Origin: a virus
Taxonomy: Duplodnaviria > Caudoviricetes
Length of the DNA: 64,000 bases
IMG/VR virus record: IMGVR_UViG_3300046170_000323
Direction: 5' to 3' (one strand)
Part shown: one piece after another, positions 38,905 through 48,332 of the stretch
Layout: every line of letters begins with the position of its first letter
Numbering within the stretch: position 1 is the first letter of the stretch
Made by a program: the position numbers and the translations under genes
Notes under the pieces: model-generated
Told to the model about the DNA's origin: nothing
Database searches by the model: none
The model's input: only the letters and a program-made list of their open reading frames with translations

Positions 38905-39614
38905 AACGATTTATCTTCGATGTAGATGGGACACTCACACCTAGTCGTTCAAAGATCAATTCAGAATTTCTGGATTGGTTTCTTGATTTTTGCGACAGAG
39001 AAAAGGTGTGGTTAGTAACTGGTTCTGATTACCCAAAAACTCTTGAGCAGTTGGGTAAAGAACTATGTGAAAAAGTTGTGACTGTTTATAACTGTTCTGG
39101 TAACGATGTCTTCTTTAAAGGAAAACGTGTTAACACTAAATCGTTTGAACCGCCCAAAGAGTTGTATGACTTAATGCATGGGTGGTTACAAAGTAGTTCG
39201 TTTCCATTACGCACAGGTAACCACATCGAAGAACGCAGGGGTACAATCAACTTCAGTATCGTTGGACGTAACTGTACACTGGGTGAAAGAAAACTCTATA
39301 TTAAACATGACGAGGCAACTAGAGAACGTGAGTCTATAGCACTTCAAATTAATATGGAGTTCCCTACTATCACTGCTGCAGTTGGTGGGGAAACAGGAAT
39401 AGACATCTACAGAAAAGGTGGAGACAAGTCGCAAATCCTAGATGACTTCGACGCTCCATATTCTGAGATCTATTTCTTTGGAGATAGGATGGAACAAGGG
39501 GGTAATGACTATCCCCTTTCCGTACATTTGAAATCAAAACAAGTTTTTGCAGTCAAAGACTGGAAAGACACTTGGGAAATACTGAAGACACTAGATAGTA
39601 GCGATAGTCTCTGA
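38901..39614 (+). CDS. phosphomannomutase, HAD-IIB (eukaryote-type PMM) family
   Basis: FDVDGTLT, IEERRGTINFSIVGRN and FFGD...GGNDY motifs. Confidence 0.85.
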   Translation: MKRFIFDVDGTLTPSRSKINSEFLDWFLDFCDREKVWLVTGSDYPKTLEQLGKELCEKVVTVYNCSGNDVFFKGKRVNTKSFEPPKELYDLMHGWLQSSSFPLRTGNHIEERRGTINFSIVGRNCTLGERKLYIKHDEATRERESIALQINMEFPTITAAVGGETGIDIYRKGGDKSQILDDFDAPYSEIYFFGDRMEQGGNDYPLSVHLKSKQVFAVKDWKDTWEILKTLDSSDSL

Positions 39615-39917
39615 TAGAGTCCAACCTGCTGCTTCCAACGTTGCTTTGTTTACGTTTGTATCTGCAGGCCATGCACCACGGTAATCATCCCATGCAGAGT
39701 TCAACCAAGTTCTTTCGAACTCCATTGTTTGTGTTGCTTCGGTGTACGTGATTTCAATAAAGAAATCTCCAGTAATAGCTGCAGACTCTAAAGCATTAAG
39801 GTGATCAGAGTCACCACTTGCAATACAGATATCTCTGATCGCTGCAATTGCATCATCTTCGTTGGCGTAATTCACATCACTGGTGTTTACATAAGTCACT
39901 GTTTGTATGACAGACAT
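39591..39917 (-). CDS. acidic hypothetical protein, lone minus-strand late gene
   Basis: AGGAG RBS and exact TATAAATA on the minus strand upstream. Confidence 0.65.
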   Translation of the reverse strand: MSVIQTVTYVNTSDVNYANEDDAIAAIRDICIASGDSDHLNALESAAITGDFFIEITYTEATQTMEFERTWLNSAWDDYRGAWPADTNVNKATLEAAGWTLSETIATI

Positions 39918-39955
39918 CTTTCATTCTCCTAAACTGGATTGTAAGTTTACATAAG

Positions 39956-39963
39956 TATTTATA
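39956..39963 (-). promoter_or_regulatory. T4 late promoter TATAAATA (minus strand)
   Basis: TATTTATA on plus strand, 39 nt upstream of ORF 39917. Confidence 0.7.
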
Positions 39964-39986
39964 AAAGTAATAAACGGACTACTAAA

Positions 39987-40814
39987 ATGTTTTTCAACCG
40001 CTTCATGCAATTCTCCACCCTGATCACTTCAATTGCAATTGCAGTTGTGGCGGCCTACTTTTCTGTAATAGGTCTCGCAACTATTTTTGCAGGTGCAGAA
40101 CTTGCAGTAATCATAATGGCATCTATATTAGAGTTAGGTAAACTCGTAAGTGCAGTATGGTTGCACATCTACTGGAAGTCAGTAAGTCTTTTCAGTAAAC
40201 TCTATCTCTTACTCGCAGTATTAGTACTTATGCTTATTACGTCAATGGGTATTTTTGGATACTTATCAAAAGCGCATATCGAAACTGGTGCGTCTGGTGG
40301 TGAGTATAAGGCACAGATAGAACGTATTGAAAACAGAATCAATCGTCAAAACACAACTATCGCACGTGCAAATAAAACACTCGACGATCTTGACACTGCA
40401 CTAGACAAGTACAATGAACTTGGTGCAGTTACCAGAGGATTGAATGCACGTAAGGATCAGACAGAACAACGTGCACAGTTGAACGATGCGATTGATGAAG
40501 CGTATAACAAAATCGATGAATACAACGAAGATATCGCAGACATCAAAATCAACATTCGTGCATACGAGGTAGAAGTCGGCCCTATTAAGTATATTGCTGA
40601 ACTCGTCTATGGTGACAGGGCAGAAGAAATGACAGGGGATGCGATTAGATATGTTATGTTACTCATCATCTTCGTATTCGATCCCCTTGCGGTTATCCTA
40701 TTGATCACGTCTACCAAGGCAATCAAAGAACAGAGGAAACCACCAGTGAGACGATCTAAGAAGAACGTCTCTTACATTGACCCTAAAGATATAGTGAAGA
40801 TGGACTCTATTTAA
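39987..40814 (+). CDS. membrane protein with three N-terminal TM helices, coiled coil and C-terminal TM
   Basis: Hydrophobicity pattern; FVFDPLA motif. Confidence 0.65.
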   Translation: MFFNRFMQFSTLITSIAIAVVAAYFSVIGLATIFAGAELAVIIMASILELGKLVSAVWLHIYWKSVSLFSKLYLLLAVLVLMLITSMGIFGYLSKAHIETGASGGEYKAQIERIENRINRQNTTIARANKTLDDLDTALDKYNELGAVTRGLNARKDQTEQRAQLNDAIDEAYNKIDEYNEDIADIKINIRAYEVEVGPIKYIAELVYGDRAEEMTGDAIRYVMLLIIFVFDPLAVILLITSTKAIKEQRKPPVRRSKKNVSYIDPKDIVKMDSI

Positions 40815-41552
40815 TGAATGAACATGAATATTATGAATCACTGAGAAATCGTTATCAAACTGCCTGTTTCAAACAAGACCAAATACCAGATAAAGAACTA
40901 ATAGAAAAGATCCTCAAAGAGTCAGTCGAGTCGACGCCTGTATTCAATGGGGATTATCACTATGCAATCGATGTCTTTGGGGCCTGAATATTCGTTCGAC
41001 AAACGAAAGGTTTGTCTGCAAACCATAGAAGATAAACGTTATCGAAAGATGTTTGACAGTCGTAAGAAGGGTGAGTATGGCATTTCTACACTGTATCATG
41101 AGTTATCTTTATTTGAACAACAGATCGAAGATTTTAAAATGAAGGAAAAGGGTTTCAGTGTGTTGGCAAAACATGCTAAAACTATGACCTTCAACATGCA
41201 AGTCATGGCGCCTTATCTCCTTCTCTTCAGATATTCACCAGATCAGTTCATCCACTATGATAAGGAAGAAGGTTCTAAGGCGAAGAAGACAAAGTCAATA
41301 CAGGCGTCCATGACTAATGCATATGCTATTAGTATCATTGCAGATCACTATGGAGTTCAAAGTGGTTTCTGTGGATGTTTCATCCTCAACGACGAAAACG
41401 TAAATGAAGTTTTCTACAATGACGAAGACGTTTGGTTTATGATGGGTCTTGGTTATAAAGAAGATTGGTGTTACAGTGCAGAAGGATCTAAACATCATAG
41501 ACTAAGACAAGAAGAAAAACCCACTCACGACAAGGTGGTGAACTGGGCCTAA
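40814..41552 (+). CDS. nitroreductase-like protein, split by probable extra G at 40979-40982
   Basis: N-terminal RNRYQTACFKQDQIPDKELIEKIL; C-terminal GVQSGFCGC and MGLGY. Confidence 0.6.
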
Positions 41553-41581
41553 ATATCTCTATTAGACATGGAGATTTTATT

Positions 41582-42148
41582 ATGAACATCGCAGGCATAG
41601 ATTACAGTTTGACTTCACCTGCCATATGTGTACACTCAGGTGACACATGGGATTACAAAAACTGTCAATTTTATTATATGGTAAAACGTGACAAATTGTT
41701 GCATCCAGAAAAACAATTCAATGCAACCATGTATCCCGAATATGACCACGACATCGAAAGGTTCGAAAAACTTTCAGACTGGTCTCTCAATATCCTCAAA
41801 AAACATAATGTTACAGACGCACACATCGAAGGTTATGCTTTCGGTGCAGTTGGTCGTGTCTTTCAAATTGCGGAGAACGCAGGGCATCTCAAGTATCAGA
41901 TCCACAAAGCAGGTATGGTACAAGCGGTTCATGCTCCGACTGTGATCAAAAAATTCGCAACAGGAAAGGGTAATGCGACAAAAGAAAAGATGTATGATGC
42001 ATTTTTTTCTGAAACAGGGGTTGACATTCGTGAAAAAGTTGGTATAATATCATTTAAACAATGGAACCCTATCAGTGACATTGTGGACGCATATTATATC
42101 GCAAAACACGGTTTTGTCAAGGAGAAAGAAAATGCAGATCAGTCGTAA
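41582..42148 (+). CDS. RuvC-like Holliday junction resolvase
   Basis: GIDYSLT, IEGYA, KKFATGKGNATK and DIVDAY catalytic motifs. Confidence 0.85.
   Translation: MNIAGIDYSLTSPAICVHSGDTWDYKNCQFYYMVKRDKLLHPEKQFNATMYPEYDHDIERFEKLSDWSLNILKKHNVTDAHIEGYAFGAVGRVFQIAENAGHLKYQIHKAGMVQAVHAPTVIKKFATGKGNATKEKMYDAFFSETGVDIREKVGIISFKQWNPISDIVDAYYIAKHGFVKEKENADQS
42021..42048 (+). promoter_or_regulatory. sigma70-type promoter inside RuvC-like gene
   Basis: TTGACA-16 nt-TATAAT. Confidence 0.5.
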
Positions 42149-42359
42149 GAGTTCCCTCACAGGTATCTATCGCACACGTGAGGTAAAAGTGAAAGAAAAA
42201 GATTATGAATTGTGGGAGAAGGGATACGCAAGTATCATGGATGCTATGCCTTATCTGAATGAGAATGACCGAACGTTCCTCTTGGCAGGTATTACGGATG
42301 ATGAGTGGAGACAGGCATTCTCATCTGAAATAAGTAGTATAGTAAACGACAAGTTCTAG
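42132..42359 (+). CDS. hypothetical protein
   Basis: GGAG RBS before ATG 42132. Confidence 0.6.
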   Translation: MQISRKSSLTGIYRTREVKVKEKDYELWEKGYASIMDAMPYLNENDRTFLLAGITDDEWRQAFSSEISSIVNDKF

Positions 42360-42367
42360 GAGACCTC

Positions 42368-42550
42368 ATGGAAACGACATGGTTACTATTGTCATATGTT
42401 GCAGGCACAGGTATCGGTTGGTATATCGGTAACAGTAGAAATATGGAACAAACTGTAGGCGCACTTATTGACCGACTTATCAAAGATGGTTATATTAAAA
42501 CTAAAGGACACGGTTCAGACGCCGAGTTGTTGAAACACTGGGAAGAGTAA
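42368..42550 (+). CDS. small membrane protein
   Basis: AGGAG RBS; N-terminal TM segment. Confidence 0.55.
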   Translation: METTWLLLSYVAGTGIGWYIGNSRNMEQTVGALIDRLIKDGYIKTKGHGSDAELLKHWEE

Positions 42551-43189
42551 ATGAGTATTATTATCTTTAATGGCCCACCCAAATCGGGTAAGGACGAAGC
42601 AGCGTCTTATTTCAAGAGACGTGGTTTTGCACATCTTAGTTTTAAACACCAACTGTTTAAGGAAACAATCAATGAGTTTGCTGTTGATACTATATGGTTC
42701 ATGGATGGTTTTAATGACCGTTCTACTAAAGAACGTCCAGAAGATGAACTTCGTGGAATGTCTCGTCGAGAGGCAATGATCCACACATCAGAAGATGTTA
42801 TCAAACCAAAATATGGTAAGTCATTTTTTGGTGACAAGGTCGCAGAAGAACTTGACATTGGTAACGAGTACGTTATCAGTGACGGTGGTTTTGTAGAAGA
42901 ACTTGAACCTATCATTGATAAGATTGGTGCAGATAATATTCTTCTCGTTCAACTCGTACGAGATGGTTGCACATACGAATATGATTCCCGCCGATACTTT
43001 AACGGTTACTGTATTAAAGAATTCATCAATGGATATAAATCAGACTTTCAAACTCAGTATCTACTAGAAACTGAGATGCCTTTGACCACCTATCGCATAT
43101 ATAATAATGGAACCCTTTCTGGATTCCATCACTCCTTGGAGAAAATATACGAAATGGTCATCGGGAGAGAAGATGAAACTGACAGCTGA
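42551..43189 (+). CDS. deoxynucleoside monophosphate kinase (gp1-like)
   Basis: NGPPKSGKD P-loop, REAMI and VISDGGF..E motifs. Confidence 0.75.
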   Translation: MSIIIFNGPPKSGKDEAASYFKRRGFAHLSFKHQLFKETINEFAVDTIWFMDGFNDRSTKERPEDELRGMSRREAMIHTSEDVIKPKYGKSFFGDKVAEELDIGNEYVISDGGFVEELEPIIDKIGADNILLVQLVRDGCTYEYDSRRYFNGYCIKEFINGYKSDFQTQYLLETEMPLTTYRIYNNGTLSGFHHSLEKIYEMVIGREDETDS

Positions 43190-43391
43190 ACAACATGGCG
43201 AAATGGTTTTTCATATCTTGTTTAATGATTATCACAGACCCTTTGTAAAAGGCAAAGCGAACAAATCAAAGATTGAAGACCAAATTATAATCGGTATGTA
43301 CAAAAAGGAAATCCCACCATGTACACAAGCAGACGTAGACATGGTAGTACTCTTAGTAAATGATCTTATTGCAAATGGTATTGACAACTAA
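43173..43391 (+). CDS. hypothetical protein
   Basis: GGGAGAG RBS before ATG 43173. Confidence 0.55.
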   Translation: MKLTAEQHGEMVFHILFNDYHRPFVKGKANKSKIEDQIIIGMYKKEIPPCTQADVDMVVLLVNDLIANGIDN

Positions 43392-43409
43392 TTAATATGG
43401 AAGTTCGTA

Positions 43410-44168
43410 ATGGTTGAGAAATTAGTCGGTATACCCCGGCCTAATATTGTGAACCTCAAAGAATGCGAGGATCGTCGAGAGTATATGTCTAATGCGCTTA
43501 GTGCATTGGGTGTAGACCTTGTACGGTTTTATCAATTTGAACGGTATGAAAACTCCAATGTAAAAGCCTTCTGTGATGACATGATCGAACCTTACTGGAT
43601 CGACAAGGGTACAACAACCTCACACCTACTCACAATCAAAACATGGTTAGAAGAAACGGACGAAGAGGTTGGTCTGTTCATGGAAGATGACGTGGATTTC
43701 TCTACAGTCCAACACTGGAACTTCACCTTCGAAGAGTTTCTCTCAAGGATGGGTACAAAGTGGGGCGCACTACAATTAGGTATCGTACACGAAGGAACTC
43801 CTAACATGGTTCCTCGTAAACGTGAACAACAAGATCATGGACTTCAGTGTTACATGTTAAAACGTAGATATGCAACTAAGTTAGTTAAGTTCTATTTCAA
43901 TCAGGGGGATGACACGATACATTATAGAATGCCCGTTGGGGCGGCGTTGTCTTTAGAGAACGCAGTCTTATGGGGGTTTGACAGAGTATTTACCTTTCCA
44001 CTGTTTAACCACAATGTGACAGAGTTCACATCAAACAACATCTTCAGTCCAAACGCACAGGTTCAAGCGTCTATAAGATCCTATCATACCATTAGAGCAT
44101 GGTGGGAGAATACAGGCAGAAACCTCAGTCTGGATGAAATATTCGAAAACAACACAATAGATTACTAA
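43410..44168 (+). CDS. glycosyltransferase family 25-like protein
   Basis: IVNLKECEDRR, SHLLTI, MEDDVD, ALQLG pattern. Confidence 0.7.
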   Translation: MVEKLVGIPRPNIVNLKECEDRREYMSNALSALGVDLVRFYQFERYENSNVKAFCDDMIEPYWIDKGTTTSHLLTIKTWLEETDEEVGLFMEDDVDFSTVQHWNFTFEEFLSRMGTKWGALQLGIVHEGTPNMVPRKREQQDHGLQCYMLKRRYATKLVKFYFNQGDDTIHYRMPVGAALSLENAVLWGFDRVFTFPLFNHNVTEFTSNNIFSPNAQVQASIRSYHTIRAWWENTGRNLSLDEIFENNTIDY

Positions 44169-44179
44169 AAGGAAAAATT

Positions 44180-45142
44180 ATGAGCGTAGTATATAAAGGT
44201 CAAGTGATTGATTCTGAACTATCTAAAAACTCGTTTGGTGGCACAGAAATGATGCGTGAACGAGTTATCAAGAATGTAGACCCACAGTGGTTGGATAAAG
44301 TTGCAATTCACTTTTCTCGTCCACGTCAATTGTTCGATGATGTATTGAACATCATGTACTGCCACGATCTTGCAGAAGATCCAGAGAATAATATTCTTGC
44401 GAATGGTGGATGGCAAAAGTTTGATCACTTTGTCTTTGTCTCTGCATGGCAACGTGACCAATACATAGATAGGTTTGGTATCCCTTATTCGAAGAGTACC
44501 GTAATCTACAATGCGGTGGAAACACAATATGACCCTTATCAAAAAGATGTGGAAACAATTCGTTTCATTTATCACACTACTCCTCATAGGGGTTTGGAGC
44601 TTCTCGTTCCTATTTTTGATTCTCTATCTCAGCATTTTCCTAATATTCATTTGGATGTTTATTCGTCTTTTGGGATTTACGGTTGGGAACAGAGGGACGA
44701 ACCATACAAACCTCTTTTCGAAAGAATCGAAAACCACGAAAAAATGACCTATCATGGGCATCAACCCAATGATGTTGTCTTGGAAGCTTTGAAGAAGTCT
44801 CACATCTTTCTCTATCCAAACATCTGGAAAGAGACATCGTGTATTGCAATGATCGAAGCAATCAAAAACCAATGTATTGTCATTCATCCAAACTACGGTG
44901 CATTGACAGAGACTGCGGCTAATGCGACAATCGTTTACGAATATAACGAAGACAAGGGTGCACATGCGAACTATGCATTCTCCATTGCTGCACAACTCCT
45001 CAAAGTTCAACAGGAGAACCCAAACTATTTTAATCGTTTCACATTCAGTGATCGATACAACCTTGCGAGAAACAATATCGATTCCTTCACAAACGTGTGG
45101 AATCAGGTTCTCTCGCTACTAGTACAGGAGTCCGAAAAATAA
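44180..45142 (+). CDS. glycosyltransferase, GT-B fold (GT4-like)
   Basis: GGTE, HTTPHRGL and YPNIWKETSCIAMIEA motifs. Confidence 0.85.
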   Translation: MSVVYKGQVIDSELSKNSFGGTEMMRERVIKNVDPQWLDKVAIHFSRPRQLFDDVLNIMYCHDLAEDPENNILANGGWQKFDHFVFVSAWQRDQYIDRFGIPYSKSTVIYNAVETQYDPYQKDVETIRFIYHTTPHRGLELLVPIFDSLSQHFPNIHLDVYSSFGIYGWEQRDEPYKPLFERIENHEKMTYHGHQPNDVVLEALKKSHIFLYPNIWKETSCIAMIEAIKNQCIVIHPNYGALTETAANATIVYEYNEDKGAHANYAFSIAAQLLKVQQENPNYFNRFTFSDRYNLARNNIDSFTNVWNQVLSLLVQESEK

Positions 45143-45146
45143 CAGC

Positions 45147-45175
45147 TTGACATTACTGCCAAAATGTACTACAAT
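45147..45175 (+). promoter_or_regulatory. sigma70-type promoter upstream of rnh
   Basis: TTGACA-17 nt-TACAAT. Confidence 0.7.
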
Positions 45176-45207
45176 TATGGTAATGTAAATTTGTTGGAAA
45201 TTATAAT

Positions 45208-46074
45208 ATGGCAATCTTAGTAGATTTTAATCAGGTGATGCTCGCCTCGTTCTTCGCAGCGACTGGTGGTCACGCCAATGAAAATGACATTGACGAGTCA
45301 ATGATTCGTCACATGTTTCTCAATTCAATTCGTTTCAACCGTAAGAAGTTTACGGAAGAATGGGGCGAAATTATTATTTGTTGTGATAGTAAGAATGTAT
45401 GGCGAAAAGATATATATCCTTACTACAAGGCAAATCGGAAGAAGGCTCGTAATGAGTCTGATATCGACTGGAACAAACTTTTTACAGTTGTTCACAAGAT
45501 TCGTGACGAACTAGACGAATTCTTTCCTTACAAAGTCATAAATATTGATCGATGTGAGGCAGATGATATTATTGGAACAATCTGTCACCGTGAAGGAACT
45601 GAACTAAATACAGGTAGTGAAAAGTATTTGATCTTGTCTGGTGACAAGGATTATATTCAATTACATAACTATGCAAACGTTGGTCAGTATGATCCAGTAC
45701 GTAAACGGTGGATCCGCAATGATAATCCTGAGAGATATTTCAAGGAGCATCTATTGAAGGGTGACGCAGGGGATGGAGTACCAAATGTTCTCTCTCCAGA
45801 TAACTGTTTAGCGATTGGTGAACGTCAAAGACCAATGACTTCCAAGAGACTATACACTCTTTTGGATCAAGGTGAAAAGGGAATGTCTGAAGAAGTTCTT
45901 TCTGCATTCCATCGTAATCGCATGATGATTGATCTGAATGAAGTGCCCCAAAACTATAAAGACGAAATTGTAGAGAAGTTTGATGAAGAAAAAACAGTTG
46001 GTAGAGAACACCTCTTCAACTTCTTTGTTAAAAATAAACTAAAGAACCTTCTCACTGATATACAGGACTTTTAA
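45208..46074 (+). CDS. rnh: T4 RNase H (5'-3' exonuclease)
   Basis: LVDFNQ, YKANRKK, EADDIIG, SGDKDY and KGDAGDGVPN motifs. Confidence 0.95.
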   Translation: MAILVDFNQVMLASFFAATGGHANENDIDESMIRHMFLNSIRFNRKKFTEEWGEIIICCDSKNVWRKDIYPYYKANRKKARNESDIDWNKLFTVVHKIRDELDEFFPYKVINIDRCEADDIIGTICHREGTELNTGSEKYLILSGDKDYIQLHNYANVGQYDPVRKRWIRNDNPERYFKEHLLKGDAGDGVPNVLSPDNCLAIGERQRPMTSKRLYTLLDQGEKGMSEEVLSAFHRNRMMIDLNEVPQNYKDEIVEKFDEEKTVGREHLFNFFVKNKLKNLLTDIQDF

Positions 46075-46076
46075 AA

Positions 46077-46511
46077 ATGAAACGATTGGCGATATCTATC
46101 GTATTGGAACGTGCCGCAAAAATGCGGTCAAAGAAAGAAAAGACAGAGTGGCTACAGGCTCACGACTCAGTACCTATGCGCACATGTCTTAGATTGTTGT
46201 ATGACGAAGGTGCAGAATTCCTTGTACCAGATGAAGCTCCACCCTATAACAAAAATCAGACACCTGATGAAGGTATGATGTTATATCACGAGTTTCGAAA
46301 ACTTCGCATCTTTGTAAGAGGTGGTGGTTACGATAACCTAAACCAAACAAAGAGAGAATCTCTGTTCATCGGACTACTAGAAGACGTTTGTGAGTCTGAT
46401 GCAGATATGCTCTGTAAGATGATCACTCGACAGAAGATCAAAGGTCTTACAAAAGCAACAGTGGAAGAAGCATTTCCACGTATTTTTATAGATCCAATCA
46501 AACTGAGTTAA
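46077..46511 (+). CDS. conserved T4-like hypothetical protein (DUF6433-like)
   Basis: PDEAPPY and KRESLFIGLLE patterns; follows rnh. Confidence 0.6.
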   Translation: MKRLAISIVLERAAKMRSKKEKTEWLQAHDSVPMRTCLRLLYDEGAEFLVPDEAPPYNKNQTPDEGMMLYHEFRKLRIFVRGGGYDNLNQTKRESLFIGLLEDVCESDADMLCKMITRQKIKGLTKATVEEAFPRIFIDPIKLS

Positions 46512-46517
46512 AGGACA

Positions 46518-46688
46518 ATGGCAAAAAAATTCAAGAACTTCCGCAAAAATGATCATTACGATGATGAATGGGGCGATGTTAATGAAGACCGTCTCAAAGA
46601 AAAAGAACGTGCTAAAAAGAATAAGCAACGTAAGCAAGAAGTACGTGAACGAAAACACATAGCGTTTAAAGACTTTAGAGATAATTGA
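46518..46688 (+). CDS. 56-aa charged hypothetical protein
   Basis: AAGGA RBS; open frame to TGA 46688; below ORF-track cutoff. Confidence 0.55.
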   Translation: MAKKFKNFRKNDHYDDEWGDVNEDRLKEKERAKKNKQRKQEVRERKHIAFKDFRDN

Positions 46689-46718
46689 AAAAAATTTGAA
46701 TTAATTTCAAATTAGGGC

Positions 46719-46747
46719 TTGACATTTGGTGCATTATAGACTATATT
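46719..46747 (+). promoter_or_regulatory. early sigma70-type promoter
   Basis: TTGACA-17 nt-TATATT with AT-rich upstream tract. Confidence 0.8.
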
Positions 46748-46776
46748 AATAGTGTACTAAGAAAGAAAGATATATT

Positions 46777-47361
46777 ATGTTTGCTACTAAAGAAAAAACC
46801 ATCCTCACCGATTGTGACGGAGTTCTATTAGACTGGGAGTACGCTTTCGGTCAATGGATGTACCGGCATGGTTATCGGGTTGTCCAAGATGGTTGCTATG
46901 ATATGGATACCAAATACGGTATCGAACGGAAAGAATCAAAACGGTTGGTTCGGATGTTCAACGAGTCTGCTTGGATTCGGAAATTGCCTCCTCTTCGGGA
47001 CGCAATAAAATACGTGAAAAAACTCCACGAAGAACATGGATATGTATTCCATGCGATTACTAGTTTGAGTAACGATCAATACGCTCAACATCTACGGTCT
47101 AAGAACCTTCGGGAACTCTTTGGTGAGACTGCCTTCGAACGGTATGTCTACCTTGACACTGGTGCTGATAAGGACGACGAACTCGAACCTTATCGGGGAA
47201 CTGGTTGTTACTGGGTTGAAGATAAACCTGAGAACGCTGACTTAGGTCACGATCTTGGCCTAGATACTTTACTAGTCGCCCACAGTCACAACGTAAGTTA
47301 CGATGGCCCTGTCAAGCGGGTTCGGGACTGGAAGGAGATTTACCATATTATCACAGGATAG
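46777..47361 (+). CDS. HAD-family 5'(3')-deoxyribonucleotidase-like protein
   Basis: TDCDGVLLDW, ITS and VEDK motifs. Confidence 0.8.
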   Translation: MFATKEKTILTDCDGVLLDWEYAFGQWMYRHGYRVVQDGCYDMDTKYGIERKESKRLVRMFNESAWIRKLPPLRDAIKYVKKLHEEHGYVFHAITSLSNDQYAQHLRSKNLRELFGETAFERYVYLDTGADKDDELEPYRGTGCYWVEDKPENADLGHDLGLDTLLVAHSHNVSYDGPVKRVRDWKEIYHIITG

Positions 47362-47364
47362 AGT

Positions 47365-47616
47365 ATGCCAACATACAACTTTAAAAACATAAATACTAAT
47401 GAAGAATTTGAGGTCACTATGAAAATTAGTGACCTTGACGCATATAAGGAAGCGCATCCTGAGTTGAAACAATTCATATCGAAACCACCATCTATTGGTG
47501 ATTCGGTTCGTTTAGGGTTGAGGAAACCAGATGCAGGCTTTCGTGATGTACTAAAAAATGTGAAGCAACACCACCCTGGCTCTAGAAATATCCAGAACAA
47601 GATAAACGATTGGTAA
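47365..47616 (+). CDS. FmdB-like small protein
   Basis: MPTYNF.N..T N-terminus and DAGFRDVL pattern. Confidence 0.55.
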   Translation: MPTYNFKNINTNEEFEVTMKISDLDAYKEAHPELKQFISKPPSIGDSVRLGLRKPDAGFRDVLKNVKQHHPGSRNIQNKINDW

Positions 47617-47617
47617 G

Positions 47618-47911
47618 ATGCCGAGATTAACAGTTAAAGGTCACTTTCATGTAGGACACGCTTCTCCTACACCAAACCCCTTTCATAAAACTCCGTACGT
47701 AGCGGGGCAAGATAAGGTGTGGGGTGGTGGAAGAGAAGTGATCCGTATTGGTGACAAAACTGGTTGTGGAGATCCCGCTGTTGGTGGATCATCTAAAGTT
47801 CGTGCGGCTGGGTCTTTTGTGCATAGGTTTGGTGATGCAACAGGTGGTCATGGATCTTGGGTTGCGAATAGTTCAGCAGGTGGCTTGTTTAAGATTAACG
47901 TAGGACAATGA
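47618..47911 (+). CDS. PAAR-like spike-tip protein (gp5.4-like)
   Basis: RIGDKTGCGD, GSSKV and HRFGD repeats; His/Cys metal ligands. Confidence 0.75.
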   Translation: MPRLTVKGHFHVGHASPTPNPFHKTPYVAGQDKVWGGGREVIRIGDKTGCGDPAVGGSSKVRAAGSFVHRFGDATGGHGSWVANSSAGGLFKINVGQ

Positions 47912-47912
47912 T

Positions 47913-48314
47913 ATGGCAAATCCAGACTATGCTGCGTTACTTGCACAGATCGCTGCAGAAACGGATCCAGTTCTAAGACAAGCGTTAATTGATCAAGCAT
48001 ATTCCTTCCAAGAGGAATTGACTGATGAAGAAATTGAACTATTTGAATATACACAGTTTGGTTATATTGATCCAAACCCTGGCGTCTTTCAAGACACGAG
48101 TGCATTTTACTTTACGCCAGGCTATGTCGATGTTGATTATGTTATCACGGCCGCAACCTCGTATGTAGATATATATTATGTAGCAAATAATTATTTTGAA
48201 GATGCATTTGGTACTGAACCAGAATACGCTGCCTTCGTCGGTAACTACTTCGACGACACTGGTGCGAACACTGGCGGGCCATATGATCCAAGCGATTATA
48301 TATCACAATTTTAA
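47913..48314 (+). CDS. acidic hypothetical protein
   Basis: 133-aa ORF between spike tip and fibre. Confidence 0.55.
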   Translation: MANPDYAALLAQIAAETDPVLRQALIDQAYSFQEELTDEEIELFEYTQFGYIDPNPGVFQDTSAFYFTPGYVDVDYVITAATSYVDIYYVANNYFEDAFGTEPEYAAFVGNYFDDTGANTGGPYDPSDYISQF

Positions 48315-48332
48315 GGGCGGAGACTCTACTAA

